42,409 bases of DNA, taken from NCBI GenBank assembly GCA_022563755.1, contig JADFMT010000002.1, forward strand, positions 1 through 42,409, in the 5' to 3' direction. This DNA is from Patescibacteria group bacterium. GTDB lineage: Bacteria > Patescibacteriota > Minisyncoccia > HO2-45-28. Below the pieces are notes generated by a model. That model was not told the DNA's origin and ran no database searches. It saw only the letters and a list, made by a program, of their open reading frames with translations. This document shows positions 28,201 to 34,688 of the stretch, piece after piece. Position 1 is the first letter of the stretch. Every line of letters starts with the position of its first letter. Both the position numbers and the translations under genes were made by a program.

Positions 28201-28444
28201 TACGCCCGCGGTGCTGGGCGCCATGATTGAACATATCCAAAAAATCCTGACTAAAAAGGGAGAGCCGATGGTATTTCTAAAACTTATTGATTTTACCGGG
28301 ACCCTGGAAGCGGTTATCTTTCCAAAAACCCTTCAGCAATATGGCCACCTAATTCAAGAAGAATCCGCCGTCAAAATCAAAGGCCGTGTCTCACATCGTA
28401 ACGGTCGCCCCTCCCTTATTGCAAACGAGATAAAATCACTTTAA
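25253..28444 (+). CDS. dnaE: DNA polymerase III alpha subunit
   Basis: MSFVHLHTHSHYSLLDG (PHP), GRGSAAGS, PDIDLD, YGFNRSH, C-terminal OB fold. True start is ATG 25253. Confidence 0.98.
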   Translation: MSFVHLHTHSHYSLLDGLAKIDDLVKEAARLEMPALALTDHGNLYGAIEFYKKATSAGIKPIIGVEAYIATGSRHSKNPGTDERRFHLTLLAENTEGYKNLLRLVTLSHLEGFYYKPRMDKEILRKYSKGLIATSGCLSGEIPRALFVQDSEKAKRLIREYQEIFGKDNFFIELSHHPNIPNHPKIQNALRELAVELKVPIVATQDIHYLHKEDAKAQDVLLAIQTNTRLDDEDRLTMKDDDFSMRSPQEMKECFRDLPEAITNTIAIADRVNIKLELGKLSFPHFEVSSSDTPESHLEKLCREGLLRRYGTNPPEKTKKRLDYELGVIGKTGFASYFLIVQDITNWAKKNGIVVGPGRGSAAGSLVAYLTNITNIDPLTYDLLFERFMSPDRVSPPDIDLDFADTRRDEVLHYVTKKYGEDRVAQIITFGTMAARAAIRDAGRALGISYTLCDEIAKMIPFGESLKGAISSNHELKSSYETNPDTKRLVEAASKLEGVARHASVHACGVVIAKDPLVNSIPLQYATRGNTQGEKTVVTQYEMHAIEDLGLLKMDLLGLKTLSIIEAALNYVKSRTGKALSIETMKPDDSKVFDMLASGQTLGVFQLEGGGMTRYLMELRPTHIEDIIAMISLFRPGPMELIPQYIARKHGKEKITYLHPRLEPILKKTFGIMIYQEQLMQTAQALAGFTLVEADVLRKAVGKKIKKLLDEQKEKFIRGVVKTIGNKKIAEDLWKLIEPFARYGFNRSHGAAYALVAYQTAWLKCHWPLEFMTALMNADEKDVERIAFLVNEAKKMNIMVLPPDINQSEEGFTPSAGSGQAPKPFIRFGLRTIKNVGANVVSSIIDERKMNGPYSNLADLLERVSSKNLNKKSLESLVKSGTLDRIGERNQMLNNLEEILAYHRDAARLRGQNQSSLFGLMTDRTSLPTLTLKPAPPATSDEKLRWEKELLGLYISGHPLQKLQEKLEKEKMNTETIRAMSEGTPAVLGAMIEHIQKILTKKGEPMVFLKLIDFTGTLEAVIFPKTLQQYGHLIQEESAVKIKGRVSHRNGRPSLIANEIKSL

Positions 28445-28454
28445 AGTACGCTGT

Positions 28455-29690
28455 ATGGCGCTAAAAAAAGAAAAATCAAAATCCGACCCGTCTCGCAAAG
28501 ACAAGGTGGATCACCGAGTGCTGGGAAAACAGCTTGATTTGTTCTCCTTTCATGACGTGGCACCGGGGACGGTTTTTTGGCACGGTAATGGAATGATTAT
28601 CTGGCGTGAGCTTGAAAAATATTTCCGTTCCAAACTCGACCAAGAAAACTACGAGGAAGTTTCGACTCCAATTATGGTGAAAAAGGATTTGTTTGAAAAA
28701 TCAGGACATTGGACCCACTTTAAAAAAAATATGTTTACTCTCGTAGTCAATAATGAAACTTATGTCTTAAAACCCATGAACTGCCCGGGAAGCGCTCTCA
28801 TCTATTCTAGTCGGATCAGGTCCTATCGTGATCTGCCACTGCGGTTATCTGAAATTACCGATCGACTCCATCGAAATGAACTCTCAGGTACCTTAGGCGG
28901 ACTTCTTAGAGTGCGCCAAATGACCCAAGATGACGCGCATATTTATGCAAGGCCGGAGCAAATAGAGAGCGAGATACAGGGGCTCATAAGATTAGTGAAG
29001 GAATTTTATTCAAATTTTGATATGCCGCTGTCATTTAACTTCGCTACCAAACCCAAGGATGCAATGGGAGATCCCAAACTCTGGGAAAAGGCAGAGAGAG
29101 CGCTTGAGGCGGTACTTAAAAAATCAAGAGTGAAATACAAAATTCAGCCAAAAGATGGGACGTTCTACGGCCCCAAAATCGACATCAATGTCACAGATTC
29201 ACAAAATCGCGAATGGACAATTGCAACAATCCAGCTCGACTTTCAAATGCCTGAACGGTTTAAACTTGAATATATCGACGAAGACGGTTCTCGCAAACGA
29301 CCGGTCATGATTCACCGGGCGATTCTCGGAACGTTCGAACGTTTCATTGGAATTCTCATTGAACACTACCAAGGCGCTTTGCCCTTTTGGCTCATGCCGA
29401 TTCAAGTCGCAATTCTTCCGATCACCGATAAAATAAAAACATATGGCCTGTCCATAGAGCAAAAACTTAAAAAAGAGGGGCTTCGTGTTTTTGTCGACGC
29501 GCGTAACGAAACTATTGGCAAAAAGATTCGAGAAGCGGAGCTGAAAAAAATCCCTTATATTCTTGTAATCGGGGATGATGAGGTAAAAAAGAAAGGAGTG
29601 AATATAAGAAAACGTGGTGAGAAAAAACAAAAATTTATGAAAATTGATGCCTTCATTAAAGGAATTCTTAAAGAAAGAAGCCCTCGTTAG
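28455..29690 (+). CDS. thrS: Threonyl-tRNA synthetase, short form lacking the N-terminal TGS/editing domains
   Basis: DHRVLG, KPMNCP, GLLRVR, FYGPKID, HRAILG.FERF; only 411 aa. Confidence 0.96.
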   Translation: MALKKEKSKSDPSRKDKVDHRVLGKQLDLFSFHDVAPGTVFWHGNGMIIWRELEKYFRSKLDQENYEEVSTPIMVKKDLFEKSGHWTHFKKNMFTLVVNNETYVLKPMNCPGSALIYSSRIRSYRDLPLRLSEITDRLHRNELSGTLGGLLRVRQMTQDDAHIYARPEQIESEIQGLIRLVKEFYSNFDMPLSFNFATKPKDAMGDPKLWEKAERALEAVLKKSRVKYKIQPKDGTFYGPKIDINVTDSQNREWTIATIQLDFQMPERFKLEYIDEDGSRKRPVMIHRAILGTFERFIGILIEHYQGALPFWLMPIQVAILPITDKIKTYGLSIEQKLKKEGLRVFVDARNETIGKKIREAELKKIPYILVIGDDEVKKKGVNIRKRGEKKQKFMKIDAFIKGILKERSPR

Positions 29691-30555
29691 CGCAAAGAAC
29701 AAAAAACTCATTGTTATTGTCGGGCAAACGGCTTCTGGAAAATCTGCGCTTGCGGTTCGGCTTGCAAAAAAAATCAATGGAGAGATTATCTCGGCTGATT
29801 CACGTCAAGTCTACAGGGGGTTAAATCTTGCCTCGGGAAAAATAACCAAAAAGGAAATGGCAGGCATAAAGCATTATTGCCTGGATCTCGTCTCTCTGAG
29901 AACGGTTTTTACGGCTCGACGCTTCAAAACATGTTTTGCCTCGTCGCTTAAAAAAATCCAAAAGCGTGGCAAAACTCCCATCCTCGTTGGTGGAACAGGA
30001 TTCTATATTGACGCCGCACTTGGCATTATAGATATTCCAAAAATCTCTCCAAATTGGCCGTTTCGAAAAAAGCTCGAGGGGAAATCTCTTAAAATGCTTT
30101 TTAATATGTTAAAACGACTAGACTCCCGCCGTGCCTTAATTATCGAACCTAAAAACAAACGCCGCATCATCCGCGCTATTGAGATCGCAAAAACCCATCC
30201 CCAAGGACCGTTCTTGGAGAAGAATTACCAAGGACCATCCTTGGTTTGGCTTGGTATAAAAATAGATCCTCAAAAACTCAGAAAACAAATAAATCAAAGA
30301 TTAAACGAGCGGCTTGAAAAAGGAATGATTACAGAAATAAAAAAACTCCACAATCCGCCAGCTGGCAAAGGAGTATCGTGGAGACGTTTAGATGAGCTTG
30401 GACTTGAATCTAGGTGGGTATCGCGTTATTTGCGCGGACTTATCAGCAAGGAAGAAATGACCCGCCGGCTTGAGAATGCTATCTGGCGCTATGGTCGCCG
30501 TCAAATGACGTGGTTCAAGCGAAACAAAAACATTCGCTGGATCACAATAACTTAA
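29647..30555 (+). CDS. miaA: tRNA dimethylallyltransferase
   Basis: GQTASGKS, SADSRQVY, VGGTGFY, RRQMTWF; overlaps the 3' end of thrS. Confidence 0.95.
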   Translation: MPSLKEFLKKEALVSAKNKKLIVIVGQTASGKSALAVRLAKKINGEIISADSRQVYRGLNLASGKITKKEMAGIKHYCLDLVSLRTVFTARRFKTCFASSLKKIQKRGKTPILVGGTGFYIDAALGIIDIPKISPNWPFRKKLEGKSLKMLFNMLKRLDSRRALIIEPKNKRRIIRAIEIAKTHPQGPFLEKNYQGPSLVWLGIKIDPQKLRKQINQRLNERLEKGMITEIKKLHNPPAGKGVSWRRLDELGLESRWVSRYLRGLISKEEMTRRLENAIWRYGRRQMTWFKRNKNIRWITIT

Positions 30556-32005
30556 GCAAAATCTTTTTCACAACTTCAGGATTTGCGCTGCCTTTGGTTT
30601 CTCGCATGACCTGACCCACTAAGAATTGTAAAGTGGTTTCTTTACCGGCTTTGTAGTCACTTACGGCTTTTGGACTTGCATTAATAATTTTCTTTGCAAT
30701 CTTCTCAAGCTCGCCTTCTTTATTCATTAGTCCAAGGCCTTGATCGCGAACAATATCAGAAGGATCGCCGCCCTCCTCTACCATCGTCCGCAGGACGTCT
30801 TTTGTAACCCGCGAGGAAACTTCGCTTTGCGACAGCATTTTAATAAGTTCGGCAAAATTTTCCGGAGTCACCAAAAGCTCTTGCCACAAAATGCCTTTTT
30901 CTTTCACTAGCCCCTGAAGATCAGAGGTCAAATAATTAAACGCAAGCCTTACAAGCTCAGTCTTTTTTGTTTTATCTCCCCATTCTAGAAGCTCTGAGGT
31001 CGCCTCTTCAAAAAATCGAGAAAGGCGCTCATCTTCAATTAACATTGCGGAAGCTTTTGCGTCCATTCCGTATTCATCCTGAAAACGCTTTCGTTTCTCC
31101 CACGGAAGCTCGGGTAATTTTCGCCTGAGCATTTCAGGATTAAGCTCGGGGTCTTCATACACCTCAAGCGGTGGCAAATCTGGTTCTGGAAAATAGCGGT
31201 AGTCATGCGACTCTTCTTTTTTTCGTTGCGAGAAGGTTTTTTGTTTCCCCTCATCCCAACCGCGCGTCTCTTGTACCACGCTTTTGCTGCCTGCGAGTAG
31301 TTTTTCTTGGCGCTTAATTTCGTATTCAATCGCTCGGCGCAGTACATTGAATGAATTGATGTTTTTTACCTCCACCTTGGTACCCAATGAGGAATCGGCG
31401 CTTAAAGAAATGTTTGCTTCCAGGCGCATCTCGCCTTTTTCCATGTCGGCATCCGATACACCAAGATAGCGCAGGAGTCGCCGAAATTCTTCTCCAAATT
31501 CACTTGCCTCCTCGCTAGAGGAAATATCTGGTTTGGTTACCAACTCCATCAACGGAACGCCCGCACGGTTAAAATCAACCAGGCTTCCGGAACCGGCAGA
31601 ATCATGCACAAGCCGGCCCGTATCTTCTTCTAGGTGGATACGCTCAAGGTGGATTTTCTTTCCAGATGATGGTAACGCAAGCTCCCCGCCCTTAACCAGT
31701 GGATGTTGATATTGAGAAATTTGATATCCTTTAGGTAGATCCGGATAAAAATAATTCTTGCGGTCAAATCGAGAGTAATGCGCGACCTCACCCCCGAGCG
31801 CAAGGCCCGTTTTAAGCACAAGCTTTACCGCTTCTTTATTAATCACCGGCAGAGTTCCCGGATGCCCCATACAGACCGGGCAGATATTGATGTTAGGATG
31901 CTTTTCGGCAGAATCATTTAAAGAGTCGCAAAACATCTTCGTCTTGGTTTTCAATTCAGCGTGAATCTCCAATCCGATTGTAGGTTTATATGTATTCATA
32001 TGCAT
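30542..32005 (-). CDS. gatB: Asp/Glu-tRNA amidotransferase subunit B
   Basis: IGLEIHAEL, RKNYFYPDLPKGYQISQ, HLEED, DYRYFPEPDL. Confidence 0.98.
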   Translation of the reverse strand: MHMNTYKPTIGLEIHAELKTKTKMFCDSLNDSAEKHPNINICPVCMGHPGTLPVINKEAVKLVLKTGLALGGEVAHYSRFDRKNYFYPDLPKGYQISQYQHPLVKGGELALPSSGKKIHLERIHLEEDTGRLVHDSAGSGSLVDFNRAGVPLMELVTKPDISSSEEASEFGEEFRRLLRYLGVSDADMEKGEMRLEANISLSADSSLGTKVEVKNINSFNVLRRAIEYEIKRQEKLLAGSKSVVQETRGWDEGKQKTFSQRKKEESHDYRYFPEPDLPPLEVYEDPELNPEMLRRKLPELPWEKRKRFQDEYGMDAKASAMLIEDERLSRFFEEATSELLEWGDKTKKTELVRLAFNYLTSDLQGLVKEKGILWQELLVTPENFAELIKMLSQSEVSSRVTKDVLRTMVEEGGDPSDIVRDQGLGLMNKEGELEKIAKKIINASPKAVSDYKAGKETTLQFLVGQVMRETKGSANPEVVKKILLKLL

Positions 32006-32021
32006 ACTTGCTTGTCTGCCT

Positions 32022-32048
32022 GTCCGCTAAAACATAAGCTACGGCAGA
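32022..32048. repeat. 27-bp dispersed hairpin repeat; inverted copy at 34641-34667
   Basis: Reverse complement tctgccgtagcttatgttttagcggac versus tccgccgtagcttatgctttggcggac (24/27). Confidence 0.75.
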
Positions 32049-32082
32049 TTGATATTTCATAAATGTAGTATAAAATAGTTAG

Positions 32083-32685
32083 ATGCTCTCGTATAGCGAT
32101 CTACAAAAAGGCATCACTTTTCTTCTGGATGGTGAGCCATATCAGGTAGTGGAGTCACAATTCTTGCGAATGCAGCAGCGAAAACCGGTTATGCAGGCAA
32201 AAATAAAGAATCTGGTCAGTGGAAAAGTGATGTCTAAGAATTTCCATCAAAATGAATCTTTTAAGGAAGTAGAGATTGAACGTACTCCCATGATATTTCT
32301 TTTTGAACATCGGGATCAATTTACCTTTCACGTCTCCGACAACCCTGCGGATCGAAAAACGCTCGATAGAATACATGTAGGTGGGGCGGCAAAATTTCTT
32401 AAACCCAATCTTCAAGTCGAATTTCAAAAATTTTCCGTCCAAGGCGGACCCGCTTCGAATGAAAATGATACGGTCATTGGAATTTCGTTACCGATAAAAA
32501 TAGATTACATCGTTAAAGAAGCACCGCCCACGGAACGGGGAAACACTGCGCAGGGAGGAACAAAGGAAATTACACTGGAAAATGGCCTGCGGATCCAGGT
32601 CCCATTTTTTATCCGTGAAGGCGATGTTGTGCGCATAAATACCGAGACGAGTGAGTATGTCGAGCGAGCAGAAAAACAAAAATGA
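32083..32685 (+). CDS. efp: Elongation factor P
   Basis: DL.KG....DGEPY.V, RGNTA.GGTK...LENG..IQVP.FI.EGD...INT.T.EYVERA. Confidence 0.95.
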   Translation: MLSYSDLQKGITFLLDGEPYQVVESQFLRMQQRKPVMQAKIKNLVSGKVMSKNFHQNESFKEVEIERTPMIFLFEHRDQFTFHVSDNPADRKTLDRIHVGGAAKFLKPNLQVEFQKFSVQGGPASNENDTVIGISLPIKIDYIVKEAPPTERGNTAQGGTKEITLENGLRIQVPFFIREGDVVRINTETSEYVERAEKQK

Positions 32686-33345
32686 TTACTCAAAATACCC
32701 TTCACTCCACGAACAAAACGCACACTCAGAATGTTTCAGTGGCATAGGAGACTTTAAAACTTCGAGCGCTCGCTCAAATTCTTTTTTGGCATTCTCGCCA
32801 TTGGTTTTTACCTCCTTAACCTCAACATTGAAACTTACGTGTCCATTCTCGCGAACTTCTTTGGGAAAGTAATAAACAAGATAGGCTAAATGGTTTGTCG
32901 GATAATCATTCTCCTCCAATAAAAGGGTATAAGCATCAAGTTGACCTTGATAAAACCTGTGCCCATCTTCTTTTGGCGGATATCCTCTAGTTTTATAATC
33001 AAGCGCGGCATAATATTTGCCCTCCACCACACAGTCATCAAGGGCGCCCGAAAGGACTCCTCCTGCCCTTTCATCTTCATACCGAAGTCCGGTTCTCCAA
33101 TTACGCCATTTATTTAATATATCTAGATCGGGAAATAGCACGCCTCTTACTTTCGGACGAATCTCAGGTGGAAGCTCGCCCTTTTTGCGCCAGATATCAA
33201 AATATTTCTTAATCACCCCGTCCATTCCCGAGGGCAGTGACGGGAATGGTCCGGAAGGCCGATGGACCCGCTCGTTTACGCGCAGCCAAAAACAGCGCGG
33301 ACATTCGCGAAAGAGATTTAAGGTTGAAGGTGAAAGCCGAATCAT
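32686..33345 (-). CDS. PD-(D/E)XK nuclease, RecB/AddB/Cas4-like, solo
   Basis: LSPS.L..F.ECPRCFW, GALDD, LDYKT, QL..Y, C-terminal CAFC. Confidence 0.85.
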   Translation of the reverse strand: MIRLSPSTLNLFRECPRCFWLRVNERVHRPSGPFPSLPSGMDGVIKKYFDIWRKKGELPPEIRPKVRGVLFPDLDILNKWRNWRTGLRYEDERAGGVLSGALDDCVVEGKYYAALDYKTRGYPPKEDGHRFYQGQLDAYTLLLEENDYPTNHLAYLVYYFPKEVRENGHVSFNVEVKEVKTNGENAKKEFERALEVLKSPMPLKHSECAFCSWSEGYFE

Positions 33346-33362
33346 GCTCCTATGATATCTTA

Positions 33363-33530
33363 TTACAGACCTTTATCTTCTTCAGCGTGAGCAGTAATTT
33401 CTAAATTGCAGCTATGATGCTCCCGGCACCATACCTCGCATTTCTCGGCCCAGTTCCTGTCTTCGTAATAGAAACTGCATTCCTCGCACTGATATAATTC
33501 TTTATTTTCTTTTTGAACAACTTTAATCAT
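33363..33530 (-). CDS. 55-aa Cys/His-rich putative metal-binding protein (below the ORF-track cutoff)
   Basis: Manual translation MIKVVQKENKELYQCEECSFYYEDRNWAEKCEVWCREHHSCNLEITAHAEEDKGL; starts 4 nt after the ccdA-like stop. Confidence 0.75.
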   Translation of the reverse strand: MIKVVQKENKELYQCEECSFYYEDRNWAEKCEVWCREHHSCNLEITAHAEEDKGL

Positions 33531-33534
33531 ATAT

Positions 33535-34587
33535 TTAACGATTGTTTATAGATTCGACCTCAACTCCATGCCCACGTTCTACCTCAATCCATCCTGTAGA
33601 TGCAGAAAGTCCAAGAAGAATCAAAAGTAAACTAATAATCCAAAACTTCGCGCCTTGGATACCGCGCTTCAGCTTATACCAAATCAGCGGGGTCAAAATG
33701 AGCAGGATAAGCGACCACCATCCAGCCGCAAAAGAAGCTTCGAAAACCCCCGCCGCAACTGGATGATCCGGAACCTCGGCAAGATTGGAGGCGATCATGT
33801 AAATGAACTGATTCCACGAAGCGTGAAAGATGGAATCTTCCCACCAATGCATGCCAAATAATCCATAGGTGAGTATAAATGCGCCAACAATTACAAGTGC
33901 GGTACCGGTCCAAAGATTTATTTTTCCAGACACTTTACTCATCCATTGAATGCTTTTCATTCCCAAAAGGGTTAACACTACAAGAAAAATGAGCGGCGTG
34001 GCTCTACCAAGTCCATGCACCAACCCAAGCCATCCGCCGACAGCCATTGAACCGGTTGAAGCAATATACGTCAACAAAACATAAAACGCAGGATTGGGAC
34101 AACCAATACCGGCATTTCCTAAAAACATTCCCAGCAAAAATGTTTTCGCGTATCCTTGCATAATCCATGCGGGGACGCGATGCGTAAATACGGGAAGCGG
34201 AATACGGAAAAGGTCGAGTTCGGTAAGCGCGAAAAGAAGCGCCATCGAACCAGCAATAACAAACATGACTCTCGTAAATTGGTCGAGGCCAAAGTATCCT
34301 CCAAGAAAGGCTGTGGCAATTCCATAGAGAGCGAGCGTTACCGCAAGTCCAAATCCAAACGCCACTGCGATACCAAGTGCTTTCTGTAATTTCTTTTCCT
34401 TTACCGCTAGTGGAATAATAACAAAAGCAAGCGGAAGCGTGCAAGGCAGAAAAATCATCGAAAGGCCCGCCGCAAACGAGAGAAACACCGAAATCGAATT
34501 ATCGCTTTGCACAGCTAGCCACAACAACCCGCTCGCAATAACGATAAAAAGCGCAAACGCTAAAATTGCAAGAAGTTTATTATTCAT
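33535..34587 (-). CDS. CcdA/DsbD-family membrane protein with extra TM helices
   Basis: FLPCTLP and GCPNP Cys motifs; about 9 TM helices. Confidence 0.8.
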   Translation of the reverse strand: MNNKLLAILAFALFIVIASGLLWLAVQSDNSISVFLSFAAGLSMIFLPCTLPLAFVIIPLAVKEKKLQKALGIAVAFGFGLAVTLALYGIATAFLGGYFGLDQFTRVMFVIAGSMALLFALTELDLFRIPLPVFTHRVPAWIMQGYAKTFLLGMFLGNAGIGCPNPAFYVLLTYIASTGSMAVGGWLGLVHGLGRATPLIFLVVLTLLGMKSIQWMSKVSGKINLWTGTALVIVGAFILTYGLFGMHWWEDSIFHASWNQFIYMIASNLAEVPDHPVAAGVFEASFAAGWWSLILLILTPLIWYKLKRGIQGAKFWIISLLLILLGLSASTGWIEVERGHGVEVESINNR

Positions 34588-34640
34588 TTAGCTTAATTAC
34601 ATCATGAACCGTGGCATTTTTTATCCTTCGACGAGATCCG

Positions 34641-34667
34641 TCCGCCGTAGCTTATGCTTTGGCGGAC
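34641..34667. repeat. 27-bp dispersed hairpin repeat downstream of secA
   Basis: tccgcc...ggcgga hairpin; matches 32022-32048 in inverted orientation. Confidence 0.75.
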
Positions 34668-34688
34668 TCCGCTTCTTCAAAAATAAAT

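Noticed and set aside
29199..29777. 192-aa minus-strand ORF and similar antisense ORFs over thrS, secA, mreB, murA and the paralogue array
   Set aside because: Each lies opposite a well-supported gene and shows no recognisable motif.
32686..33345. cas4 of a CRISPR-Cas locus
   Set aside because: No other cas genes or array in the window; solo PD-(D/E)XK nucleases are common.
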